From Bigelowiella natans CCMP2755 (Eukaryota; Protista; Cercozoa), in the NCBI GenBank assembly GCA_000320545.1, contig ADNK01001913.1:1-64000 (forward strand): a DNA stretch of 64,000 nucleotides. Reading direction: 5' to 3'. Both the position numbers and the translations under genes were made by a program. Shown here in pieces: positions 24,280-37,692 of the stretch (positions are counted from its first letter, which is position 1; each line of letters begins with the position of its first letter). The notes below the pieces were generated by a model, which saw only the letters and a program-made list of their open reading frames with translations, did no database searches and was not told the DNA's origin.

Positions 24280-24596
24280 TCACCAAAACTTGTGCTTTCC
24301 AGCGGGCTTATCGCCCCTTTTCTTCGGCTTCTTATTATTGCTACCACTATCACTGGATTGGGCTTTAGAGCCTCTCCCGCATCCACGCCCTCTCGCGCCA
24401 CCCCGCCTTCCTTTTGGGCGCTGCTTTTCTGAAACCTCAGAGGAATCTTCGCCATCGGTAGAAGATGATGCAACCGATGCAGGGTTGTCATTCGTTTCCA
24501 CGACTTTTTTAACGGATCTCCGCCGGCGGGGCGGAGGCTGCAGTAGCATCGATTGTCGTTGTCATTGCACATTGTTTTCAAAGAAACATGGACCAT

Positions 24597-24637
<41 letters not shown>

Positions 24638-24643
24638 GAGAAC

Positions 24644-24693
<50 letters not shown>

Positions 24694-25804
24694 TCTCTCG
24701 GTGACACTGATTTCCATTGTTAATTTTTCTCAGAAAAACTGTGGTGCCGTATCTACCTCTGTCCCTTCTTTCTGCCTTCCGACTATCAAGTCAAAGTTCT
24801 TTATCGATCTAGCAGCAGCAAAGTATCCAAAACGACTTAAATAAGGCACGGGGTCAAAGTGGATTCGCTTGTTGGAAACGGTCAGGTGGAGGGGGACGGG
24901 GGGAAAGCTCCTATCTAGTACACGTTAGGATGTTTATATGTCTCTAGATTTGGTATATATCACCCAGTAACGCTATCGATTCCTTCGAGATGGGGAGAAT
25001 GTCCGCTGCCCTGAGATCAACGAACATTAGCTGCGCCCTCTCTCACTGTGCGCACAACAGCGTGTGCACACGTGCGAGCACACACGTGCACTCACATCTA
25101 TACGTTTCTAGACAGGCTCATTCTCTCGTATATCGATTCTAATCTGTGTTGTGTTTGCCCTTCGGCGAGCCCCTTGGCGGGGTGCTGCTTGGTAGCAGCG
25201 CACCTGTGCTATCGAGATTTGAACGAGGCCGTCAACCGCCTCTGAGTTGCCAGCATTTCGGAGCCCCTTGAAGATAAACCAGTCAGCGGAGCAGCCAACC
25301 ATGCCGAGAGACGCACCCACAGCAGTTGGCACACAAAAAAACGAATAATGCGTGCGCGTTAAGAAAGCATTCTTGAAGTTAAAGTCCCCCCCGCACACGT
25401 ACGTGTTAAAAACTCGGGCTCGGTTATACATGCGGCCGAGAATGATAACCACTACACGCGACACACACACACACACACAGACAGACACACACCACTATGG
25501 GAAGAAAGAAATTTCACTGACATGCACCATACGCATACGGCAATGCTTGTGCTCCTTCCACAACAGAACTTACACGGAAAGAGAATCATATGGATACACG
25601 CACAATGAGCGCCCTCTCACCGATCTAATTGTCCTCCTCATAGCACGGGCAAGATTCACGAATTTCCTTCGATGAAGGTTTAGGATCAATCACAGATGCA
25701 CAAACAAACAAGCGAGCGCGTGCGGGTGGCATGAATGAGCTTCGTCCTCTCCTCTAATCTCTCTTCTCGCTCTCTAAATCCCAACATCTTCTTTCTAAAC
25801 AGTG

Positions 25805-25846
<42 letters not shown>

Positions 25847-26549
25847 GTACATATATCCGTAGATTTACATATGAATTTTATCTCTTTATGTGTTGTTCTA
25901 GCATACTTCCAACACACACGCACATACGCGTCACTGCGTGCTCACCGATCTTCCGACCCTACGACAAAAAGCATCTGCTTCTGGGACAGCTTCAAGTCGC
26001 TCCAAAGAGAAGGCATGCGGCCAACAGTACCATACTCTAACGCCTATTGCGCAAGATGCCGAATTCATCATTTCTTCTACACACCCGTAGTATACAGGCC
26101 ATAACGAAGAAGTGGCGCGGTCTTATAACTTGTATAACTACCTGTGCTAGTTGTTCCGCGTCTCCTGTATTCTTTCTCCTTTCAAGAATCTTCCAGAGAT
26201 AACAAAGGGCAGTGATAATTAGCATGAACCCGTGTTCAGCTGCTGGCCTAAAACAGCTTTGCAAAAAGAGAGCTTGCATTCTCGCCAAAAACCAGTAATC
26301 GCGCCGCGCACATATGCACACATGCACGTGAATGGCATAGAGCCAAGGGAAAGTTATGGTGCGAGAAGCAAAGCGTTTTTGAGCTGTTTCGCACGCGAAG
26401 GAAAACATCGGATTCGAATCTGACCTCTGGAAATGCCTCCTGCTCCTTTAACTTCTCAAACATCGGTTGCGAATACCTACATAATACCGTGCTCAGTGAT
26501 TCCTCTTTTTAATATATCGTAAATAAGACAATAGACACATGTAAATACG

Positions 26550-26596
<47 letters not shown>

Positions 26597-26929
26597 TTTG
26601 CAGGTGGAAAAGCATTTCACTTATCCCCGCACTCTCCCACACTCCTTCTCATTGAAACGGCTTCTGCAAATGCGTTCGTGCGATGGTGTGATATGTGTGC
26701 AGATGTAATTGTGATATTGTCTCATATGCTTTGAGCTGTTGTGCGTGTTGATATAACGACATTCGTTACCAGAAATCAAGGAATCGTGAGAGCCCCTTCT
26801 CTCTCAAATCACGAGCGAGTAGCTTTAATCATAAATGTGCACATTAGTCGGGGTAATTTTATCTCAAATTAGCGATTCTAAGACACCTTATTGTTACGTA
26901 CACGCAAACACAAAAAACCTCATTCTTCC

Positions 26930-26970
<41 letters not shown>

Positions 26971-27570
26971 CTTTCACACACACAACATAAATACATGTTA
27001 TGGTCCTTCAAATCTCACAGAAAAGCAGCCGAACATGACCTCATCCTTCAGTCTTCTCTCGTCTCTTTCTGCTCGATTTTCGATGCCAGCGCTGCCAGAG
27101 ATTACAACCAACTAGAGGATACAAAGGAGCGAAATAGAAGCATGTTTACTAAAATTCAATTCATCTTGGGGGGGGGGGAGAGGAATGCAGAACACTTTCC
27201 CCTGCGAAATGGTGCTGCGATACCTGTCCAATAGAGTCAGGAACTCGCAAGGCCATATACATGGCAATACGCCCCCCCATGCTGACGGTCCGAGAAACAG
27301 GAAGAGGAAGGAAGGGGGGGGGGGGGGGAGCGGAAGGACACATATGAGATGAGAATAGATCTTCTTATCCTAACGCTTCGATTTATAAAGCAGTTTAGGA
27401 TACGAGATGTGTTAGCTTTTCACTGGGAAGATGGGCAAGATATTGCACCGAAAAGTACCTATATCCGATGAGCGTGTTCTCACTCCATCCCTGTTGCTTC
27501 ATTAGAGCTGCCAAAGCCTTTATAACAAACCAAATGTTTTGAGAGAAAAAAAGAATGTATATATGTATCA

Positions 27571-27607
<37 letters not shown>

Positions 27608-27621
27608 ATTATACAGAAGTT

Positions 27622-27698
<77 letters not shown>

Positions 27699-27867
27699 TA
27701 TATTCCATTTATTTATGTACTGCGTTTGTCGCACGCGGCCATCATAAGTTCGGCCAAAGGGAAAAGTTTTGATTTTCGATTAGTACCGCAGCCATGTTCC
27801 CTATCGTGAGTCCTCTTGACTCAGACACCCTGGACCTTGGTATTTCAATCAGTTGATATGTATTAAT

Positions 27868-27899
<32 letters not shown>

Positions 27900-28513
27900 A
27901 CATATCTCGAACAGATATATGAGGGAATACCGTGCTCACAGAATACAATAGAGCGGTGTGAGAGAGAAAATGACATTAAGAGAATAGGAGATATCAGAGA
28001 GAATGAAAGCAAGGGAGGAATACAGAGAGAGAAAAAAGAACGAGAGAGAGAGAGATAGAGAGAGGGGGGGAGAGAGAGGGGGGGAGAGAAAGAGCCACTA
28101 CTTTCCGTGATTTGGAAGACTGATAGACACACACTCAAACTGATATAGCCCGCTCTAAGATAACCACCAACATCAAGTATGTTCTTTTGGAACAAAGTAA
28201 TAAAATAACAACTTAAAAAAAGAAGCAAATTCTAACATTAAAAGCACACTATGAACCCAGCTTTTTCAGCTTCCCATAGTGTGCACCTGCATTTATCCCC
28301 ACTACATCGCTCAAGAAAATAACAGGTCAAAAGGCGAATAAAAGCCTTTACAATCTAGTCGGTAAGAGCGCAAATGCTCCGTAACTTATATCAGAATGTA
28401 TAAAAGAAGAAGGGCACGCGTAAAACTACATTTTTTCGTCTTTCGGCCCAATCACGCCATCTGCGAGCTCGCTCTGCTTCCGCCTCCTTCAATGACATAA
28501 ACAATACATTTGT

Positions 28514-28549
<36 letters not shown>

Positions 28550-28868
28550 GATATTGCATAGCGACACTCATCACTATTCCCTGCACGCGGTACACTACGC
28601 TTTGCGCCCCTTGGACGATGAGCTCCTCATCAACAAAACTGAGCAATTTCTGGCAGCATTTTGAAATGCGTCCATCTTGTGTGATTTGATCGTACCAGTG
28701 TAGTTTCGATGTCGGACGTGGCCGTCACAGGGGGGGGGTCGGAGTCCCCTGAAGGAGGCACCTAAGAGCATACAAAAGCATACAAAAACCACGCAAATCA
28801 ACCCATGGAGGAATGCAGTCCTTAATTAACAATCAGCACCTATAACTCACGTTTTATGTAAATTACGT

Positions 28869-28930
<62 letters not shown>

Positions 28931-29526
28931 TACCGCTTTAGAGGAAAGTGAGTGCATAACTTGTGCCCAGTCTTCGTTATCTCCGAGGAAGCCATGGAGA
29001 AACACCAGCGTCCGCAGCGTCGAGTTCTTGCAAATCACACGAAAGGGAGGGGGGGGGGGGGAGGAGAAAGAGAAAAAGGAGGCGGAAGAGATGGCAGTTG
29101 CGTATTGTAATGTCGGAAGTGCAAATCCTCCTCATTTTTCAGACAGCCTTTGTTAGCGTTTATGTGAATATGGACTTCGTTCTCTGTATGCGTGCTTACA
29201 GTAGGCAGGATAGAGCTATTGTGTACCTTCACGCGCCGCTCGGGCCTTGTCCTTAACACATGGAAGCTATAGCTGTATCGGTTGTAATTTGGGAATGAGC
29301 AGCGTGCAAAGTAGTTTTTCCATCTATAAGGAGTAAGTATAGCAGAGGAAGGCGTCGCTGGCTAGTCTCCGCCGTGGCCACAGCTGTTGGATGTGTTATG
29401 CAGAGGGAAGGGACGTGGTGGGTGATACCTGCCCGTTTTTGTGTCCACTTCAAATGTATCCTCGCTCTTAACAACCTGGCCAAGCCAGCGAGAGGATGAT
29501 TTGCATATATATCATAAATACATAAT

Positions 29527-29572
<46 letters not shown>

Positions 29573-29849
29573 TATGAATCATACACATATGTTTATATGT
29601 ACGTGTAACTTGTTGTATATGTGCTATTGTGCGAACACGAGTGTTAGTGCTAAAAACGGCTGCTATACAACAAATTTCTGTGATTGTCAAATCCGCACCC
29701 CCGTTTGAATGGCCACGTCGCCGTCATTGTCTTCTTCCCAGGGCTAGGAATTATTTAAACATATATTTCGCGTGGTGAGGATATCTTGGATGACGATAAA
29801 GCTATTTTCTCCGCCTACACAAGGGCCACGTTACGATAGCATACGACGA

Positions 29850-29890
<41 letters not shown>

Positions 29891-30313
29891 TATTTATATA
29901 AATTAATATGTAAAGACTCACTAATTTAGCTTGCTGCGGCTGTGTCGCATCCTTCTCATCTGGTACATCCGCAGCGCCGTTGGCCTTATGCTCTTCGCTT
30001 GCTTGCCAGAGACGATAGTAAGCTAGCGGCTGTTGGAAGACCTTTCAAAGCATTTGTGAGTGAGAAGACTTCCAAAAGTGCCTTAGGAAAACATGCACAC
30101 GCGCATCCGTTTAAGGGAGGGGGGGATGCTGCTGCTGTAACCTCTTTAATAGCGAATCCAATGCCAGCAGCGGTTTCGTCCTCTGCGCCCTCCGAGGCAA
30201 GGGCGTCTTGTGAGGCGGTGTTCTTTGCGGCCATCATCCAATGGAGCAGGGGACAGCTGGAATCTGCGATTGATGTGATAGAAAGAAGGCGTATTTATGA
30301 TATCTAAAATATG

Positions 30314-30380
<67 letters not shown>

Positions 30381-31409
30381 TTGTATTTGACTGCACTTCG
30401 ATCATTTATGCTTTACAGCGAAGCAACCAACCTGGATCTATAGCCTTCAAGATCGCATGGGGAGACTGCAGTAAAGCATAGCACAACCAGCACACGATGT
30501 TGTGACCTCTATAGATTGAAAAATGAGCAAGGGCATGAGTCGAACCTGCACAACTTCATCTGTTCCATTTGGGTGAAGATGATATCTAAGGCGCATTCCC
30601 CGTCCTTCTTCCTCGCCCCCCCCCGTCCCCTCCCCACCCTCTAGCCGAGCATCGTCTCCGTCTCTTGCTTTGAAGATGAGGTCCAAAACCTCGTAGGGTT
30701 CCTCCGCCTTTTCCAATAGATCACAGTTTCAGATACACAACGACAACGCACAAACATCCTTATGGAGTGGAAGGGAGGGAAAGTAAGCGAGAGAGAGAGA
30801 GAGAGAGAGGGAGAAGCATAAATATCCGTCGAGGCGCTGATTAAACCGCGAAGGGGAACTCTCACTCTGACAAGCACACGCGCAAGCGGTCAATGATTCA
30901 TTCTACGACGAAGTAGCTGCTTACTGGGGCAGGAGCGACCGCCACTGTGCGTATACTCCGGAGAGCTGCAAGAACGCTTGGATCTCTCTCGCACGATTCC
31001 TCTATGGTTGAATGCGCTTCTAACGCTCGGCTCCTATATAATTCACCAAAAAATCAAAAACATAACTAAAATTAAAGAACCTCCTCTAGCTTGGAATTTA
31101 GTTACAATCATGCAACTCGACGTAACTACCAGAACCGATCATCAACTTCCTTGATAATGCCCTCTCGTTTATCGTATTCCGTACCAAAACGCGCGTCGAA
31201 TTCTCTGTTCATTGACCAATAGGAAGAAAAGGGGGGGGTGGGGATGGGGGAATGGTAAAAAAAACGTCGTGAAATAACAATCACATCAAGAAACGGTACG
31301 ATTCTGATAACATCCAAATATATATATTACATATTTACCAATGACTTTGTATCAAACTTATAAAACCACTGACTTTCCGCTAGTTAATAAGGACGAAAGC
31401 GAAGCTATG

Positions 31410-31446
<37 letters not shown>

Positions 31447-31656
31447 TGTGTGTGTGAAAACATGATTGCACCGATTGATCGAGATAATTTGGTTCTCAAA
31501 GCCGTCCTGGAGATCTGACAGCGCGTCTTGCAAGCCCATGACTTTGTCCATAGCTTCCATTGCTGGATCTTAGTATACCACCGCATTTATTGTCAATGTG
31601 TGTGCGTGTAGACGCCCTCTTACACACGCGCACAGTTGTGTATGCGTCGCATGTAT

Positions 31657-31693
<37 letters not shown>

Positions 31694-32160
31694 CTGTGTG
31701 TGTGTGTGTGTGTGTGTGGTAGAGTCGGCAGTGCTATGCAACTTCTACTTCGTCGCCGCGTGATGGCTTAGAATAATACCTTGCTCCTTGCCATCAACCG
31801 CAGAGCTACCCCTTCGTGCTACATCGTCTGTTTCTATGAAAGGAATGAAGTTCCCTTCTGCGTCTATATACCTGAGGCAGTATTGTATTTAGCCCTTAAA
31901 CCCTATACGATTGCCTTGCGTATATTTGATCGGGGGGGTAGGGGGGGGGGAGAAGGAGGGGCTATGCGTAGAACGAAGGGAATAGTGCAAAGGTTGAGTG
32001 TTGTGAGAGCAAAGCGCACCCTCCATCGGCAAAGACAGAGTTCCCATAGGCGTCCACGTAGTTTCCTTCCTCATCCATGTAAACGCCGTCATCTCGATCA
32101 TCATCTGCAATAATGAGGCAGTCTGTTTCAAGGCAAATGCTAGGGAGCAGAGGGAAGGTT

Positions 32161-32210
<50 letters not shown>

Positions 32211-32780
32211 AAGATTAAGAAGTCAATGATCCTTCACAGCAGGAGTTGATGAGCTTGTAAGGGTTTTGCTTTGGCCATTCTGACACAGGGGCAATCGGAC
32301 ACGACTAAATGCGCCAAGAACTCTGTCACAGTGGTTGCTGCAGCATGCAGCATGCAATCATCCATTCATCCGAGGCCATTACCTATCCTTAGCTCCTCTG
32401 TCTCGTCGTCAAATATCTCGGCGTCTTCTGAAATCAGCTCTCCTTCTAAGGCAGCCCTCGCAGCATTCTCTCCTTCCCCTGGCTCCCCCTCCCTCACAGA
32501 AGATAATTTAGGAGAGGAGGAGAAGGAGGAGGAGGAGGGGGAGGAGGAGGAGGATGGGGCAGCAGAGGCAACGTTGGCGGCGGAGTGTGTGTTGGCCTCG
32601 TCATCATCGTCGAGTATGCTTTCCACAACTGTTTCGATATTCAATTGGCTCAGCGTAGACGGCGCCTAAAGTTGTAGAGATGTCCACGAGAAAGATGAGA
32701 GGCGTGTAGGCCTCCGACACAAGACACGGCGTTCAAAGCACACACGTACATAGAGAGGGTAGAGAGACAGACAGACACAC

Positions 32781-32823
<43 letters not shown>

Positions 32824-32956
32824 AAGGGAGTCTTTTAGACTCGTTGATATGACCTCTTCCGTGTAAAATGCTAGCGGATCTTCGTACAGCTCTTCCACTA
32901 GCACCCCAAGGTGGTAGGGAAAACGATTCTTTTCGTAGAGAGCAGAAGATATGTTA

Positions 32957-33037
<81 letters not shown>

Positions 33038-35333
33038 GCGTGCGTCAAACGCGACAAACCGCAGCATTGTAAAGATGGTGACAAGACCAAAATAACGACT
33101 TGAAAGCGCTATTGAAACAGCGCTTCTTTCTATATGCATGCGCGCACTCGCAGCTTCATGGCTGAAGGAGCTCTACCCCCCGCGGCTGTTTTGTTTGGTC
33201 AAGGATGTGCACTCCCACCTTATCGCCGAAGTACTGAAAGAAGGACGACGTGTCCTGCAGGAAGAGCTCCTCAGCTCCTGGCGTCCAATGAACCTAGAAT
33301 CATAGGAAACCAGCTTGCTCGTAAGATGGGTTGCAAGCACCATCCAAGATGCGACTCTTTGGGATCTTCTAGATTCCAAACTGCTAATGTTAATGAGCAT
33401 TTGGCCTCGTCCAGCCACTAGCTGAACCCCAGGGCAATTACTCTGCGCCCTGGACGCAGAGCACGATACCCCTTTGGTTTTATAGGTATTTGCGATTTCG
33501 CAGTGATGAGAAGACATGTGGAGAGGCGCAACGACGAAGTACAACAATGCACCGCCGCCGACGAATGATGAAGATGAGTGTGTTTGAGAGATATAGACTC
33601 ACTTCTCATGGCTTTAAACGCATATGCAGCAGTATTGGCTGGCGACTATCTTACATTTGTGCGGCGGTGGCCTGGAGATAACTCCATGGAATCAGGAAGG
33701 ATGTGAGCTAGTAGAACCTTAGATTTACGGTTATGTTATTTTCAGCGTGTAAGGAGGGGGTGTTCTTTCTCTGTGTGGTTTCGTGTGAGGAGTGCTTCGT
33801 TGGCTCTCTACCAACTAATGTCATTTGTAAAGTTTATAAGAAGTGCGCCCACACTATACAGACCCCTCAGTGTAGAATTTAATATTAGTATTAGTGAGAT
33901 CTATCTTTCGTCTCACTCGATCTTGGAAGTAAGGATTTTCCTCCGCAAAGAAGAAATGCAGCACCAGGCCCAAGTCTCCAGGGGGGTACTCAACGCTTAC
34001 CAAGCACATCAAAGCGCATTATATTTGCTATCGACATTAAGTAGTATTCTTCGTTTCAAGGAGAAATCAATAACTACTCGAAGGAAAAGGGAACTGGGGG
34101 CAAGGACGAGTAGTAGGTACCGTATGTCAGTCATGTAGTTCAAAGCGTCTAAGTCCCGAGAGGACAGCACCTCGTAAAGCTGGATAAAACACCAATATAT
34201 ATTTCTGAATAATACAGCTTTGGAGAATTCATCTTGGCAAATCTCATATGTAAAAGCAAAACGAGTGTGAAGACAAAGAAACGAGGGAGATTCTCATTAA
34301 AAGCAAGCACACACACACACACGCGCGCGCGCGTGCGCCAGAGCAAAAATAGATATATTTGTAGAAATAATTGTGTATTTGTATATCGGGTTGGCAATTA
34401 TGCTTCCATCCTTGCAGCTCTCTCACCTCCTTTACGTTCATCATCGCCTGCTGCCAAAAGCCTGGAATTTTGGTGATCTCGTTGGCCCGTTGTGCGAATA
34501 TGCGTGAGCGCTGGATCTCAATGTCCTGCTGCAACTTGAACATCACCTTTGAAGAAATAGCAGTCCGTTTGAGTTAGAACTGCAACAAGAGATTTCCAGC
34601 GCGAGCACATCGTCAATGATTCGTGTCAAGGGATATATATTTTGGGCTGATATATTGAAAAATCCAGATTTTCATATTCCTATGCTGCGAGCTGGATCTT
34701 CCTCGCACAGAAGGAATTATTCTAGGGCAAAGATATATCACATGCTGATTTGGCGTGTTTCTGTCTTGAGCATCACGTCTTACGGTTGGCAAACCTCATC
34801 GTATTCCGTTTTCAAATCCTCGACGCTATGCTGCACGCTTATAAGCGCTGCTTCGCCATCTAGACCAGTGCCTTCTGCAGCAGCGGCCATTTCGGAGCGC
34901 TTTGCCTCTTGGGAAGCAACTTGTGGCGAATGCACTACTGGCAATCTTCCGAAGAAAGTCGAAGGCTGTCTCCTAAATCAATTAATCGTGCGACAATGAT
35001 TGTGCAGGCGTGTCAATCCGAATGCCGGTTACAAGTCAATACTGAAATACCTTTGAAGGGGTAACCGACATGGAGTATAAGCCAGCCCGTGCTGATGGCC
35101 AAAGAGCATAAGTGCGTGTGTAAACTACGGCCCGCTGTTGAGGTGACGTCCGTGTTAGTGAGTAGGGTACTTACCAACTGAGAGATAGAGCTTTGTGTCG
35201 CGCGCAAACGCCCCAATGAAACCCTATTCCGTGTAGCTCCACTTGTTGAAAGATATGCTACGGCAGCAAAGAGTAGGCAGATGACAGCTCCATTGAACGA
35301 TCGTGAGGATGGTTCCCAAGGGCGGGAGGGCAT
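24280..35333 (-). CDS. Putative fusion: bipartite leader + two NAP/SET histone-chaperone domains + MenH (SHCHC synthase)-like alpha/beta hydrolase + basic RGG-like tail
   Basis: NAP1: QRANEITKIPGFWQQAM, DLDALNYMTDI, LHFFFAEENPYF, VHWTPG...SSFFQYF, LYEDPLAFY. NAP2: YDKREGIIKEVDDRFWSRALEAH, IGFAIKEVFQQPLAYY. MenH: LVFLHGFLGDNEDW, SISLPNHG, LIGYSMGGRIA, VISGSAGIENRAERDERRLKDE, WYSQPMF, VGSEDRKF, GSGHSPHLE. Linker exons join in phase. Confidence 0.65.
24765..29030 (-). CDS. menH: MenH-like 2-succinyl-6-hydroxy-2,4-cyclohexadiene-1-carboxylate synthase domain (phylloquinone pathway), C-terminal part of the gene above
   Basis: HGFLG oxyanion motif, GYSMGG nucleophile elbow, ER..R...D cap motif, D.KF acid motif and GHSPHLE histidine motif appear in the correct order across exons. 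Confidence 0.8.
25648..25774 (-). repeat. 127-bp dispersed repeat (MenH intron 3' end plus exon start), probable source of the copy at 16027-16153
   Basis: Spans ...CATCGAAG|GAAATTCGTGAATCTTGCC, the acceptor and the first codons (KFVNLA) of a MenH exon. Confidence 0.9.
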
Positions 35334-35622
35334 CGAAGGCCTTTCCGACAGCCTTTTGTTCCACACAGGTTTCCCTGTGGAGTTTCTCAAAATCCAATGG
35401 CGTTTCTTAGAAACGACTTTGCAAAAATCGAATTTTATGGGAAAACCGAAGGGAATATCGCTCACTTCACCTAGAGCATTCTGGACATCAATCTCCAGAT
35501 GTTCTTCGGTCGAAATGCGGAAAGAGGTATTGGACAAAAAGTGTTGTAAAATGTGTTGCAACAAAAGTGTTGTAAAAAGTGTTGCGGCCGATCTCCTCTC
35601 CACTGCTCAGATGCTCTCATAG
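35334..35622. promoter_or_regulatory. Short divergent promoter region with four GTGTTG motifs
   Basis: About 290 bp between head-to-head ATGs (35333 minus, 35623 plus); A-run + GTGTTGY repeated 4 times at 35536-35585. Confidence 0.45.
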
Positions 35623-36464
35623 ATGCGGCGACGACGTGCCCTCCCCCCTGTAGGCTCTCGTACGATAGCCACCCTCCGGCTCCCCGCTCTCCTAATCAAC
35701 ATCGCGGCGTTCGTCCTCATTTCGCTCAAGATATCCTGTGGCCATGAAGAGGTGTCTACCCCAAATGCCCGCGCACTGACTATATAAACAATCTAACGTC
35801 GGGTGGTGGCTCAGGATATCGCAAGCCCCTTTCGAACGAGCAAGCTGGAGGTCGTGTCAAAGCAGAGCGGGATGAGATGGCGTCAGAGATGGCTGAAGAT
35901 AAAGCGCGATCTCCCTGACGGGTACGCACCAGTTGGCATGAGCGAGTGCTCGAACACACACACACACACACACAGGCCAATGATTTTGAACAGGTTTCAT
36001 TTGACACATCACGGGTATCTTCGCGCGTTGCGCCCGGACATCGAGGACGTTAAGTCAGGCGTCCTTCATCTCTACATCCAGGTAAGAAGCGATATGGCGA
36101 GCGAAGCTTGCCGTTGATGAGACGCGGAAATCTCCGACAGTTTACTCTACGTGTTAGCTTCACTGCGTAAGCCTTTTCATTGCTTTATTCAGGATAAATC
36201 GCCAAGCGCGTTGATGCTTAATGAAAAGGCAGACCCAGCGATCTCTAGTGATCTTCGTGTGGCTTTTGACCGGTCGTCATGGTTCTAGATCATGCATGTC
36301 TAGTTAAAAGACGATATGTAAATTCTGAAACCATTAAGGCGTGATGCAGTCAACGTTGCACAGCTGTTTCATTGCACAACTGTTTCAGTGATTAGATATC
36401 GTATCTATGCAAACACACACACACGCACGCACATACACACGCATACACACGCATACGCACTAAT

Positions 36465-36498
<34 letters not shown>

Positions 36499-36848
36499 GT
36501 GTATATATATATATATATATATGTCTATTTATATATACAAACTGTCTTGCATATCAATTAGCATGCATAACGTAGAAGTAAGATCTTGGATATGCCCTCC
36601 AACACAGGATATTTGAATCGTTTGGTGGTCCTGGCGAACATCGGGTCGAAACTATAGCTTTATGTAGTAAAAAACCGTCTAAAACCTGAATAATCAATAC
36701 CGTGCGTGTTCGTCAAGCAGGATGCAGCGAAGGCGACAATGGTTGGTCCTGGTAAGAATCAAAAAGGGGGATGATATAAATCGAATAATTAATAATAATA
36801 AAGGCATTGACTGCATATGCGAAGGGTCAAAACGCATCATACTCTCTA

Positions 36849-36884
<36 letters not shown>

Positions 36885-36903
36885 CTCTCTCCTTCTCTCT
36901 AAT

Positions 36904-36934
<31 letters not shown>

Positions 36935-37448
36935 AGAACACGTAAACGTACACAAAATGCACTTTCACGCAGGACTAACTATTCCGATTGTGGATTACGA
37001 ACTTGCCCTTGCAGGACTAACTATTCCAATTGTGGATTACGAGCTTGCCCTTGGAACGTGGCAAGGGTTCTATCTCTGCGAGTTTGGGCGGATGATCAAG
37101 GACGCGAGCAGCTACACTCAGAGGAGAGTAGAGAGCGGATCTCTTTCTCCTAATATGGATATCAACAACCACAATGACGAGCGTTATCTCCTCGCCACGA
37201 TTCAAGAGGTGGTTTGTGAGTTTGTGTTTTTTCTGTACGTACCAGGAGCAGTAGTAGTAGTAGTAGTAGTGGTAGTAGTGGTAGCAGATAGTGCGATTGG
37301 TAATCGATAGTACCGTGGGAAAAACTAGAAGCAGTGAGTAAGGAATGGGGAGAAAGAGCCTTTGAGAGCGTATAATAAAACAATAAGGGCAGCTTTTGGT
37401 TCAATATGTTAAAACTTCACGCTCTGTGTGTGTATCTCTCGCTCTCTT

Positions 37449-37503
<55 letters not shown>

Positions 37504-37646
37504 ATGTGTGTGTGTGTAATTCCTTCGGATAAACAGCTTCCGTCTGGTCGAGTTAAGATATTTGATCATCCGGTGTGTAAGTAATGACTAAATAATATTT
37601 CATTGCCTGGTGTGTAAGCAATGACTACCTTCTGTAGTTCAGCTTG

Positions 37647-37692
<46 letters not shown>

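Noticed and set aside
29030-35333. Full PHYLLO (MenF-MenD-MenC-MenH) fusion
   Set aside because: The exons upstream of MenH carry NAP motifs; no MenD or MenC motifs were recognised.
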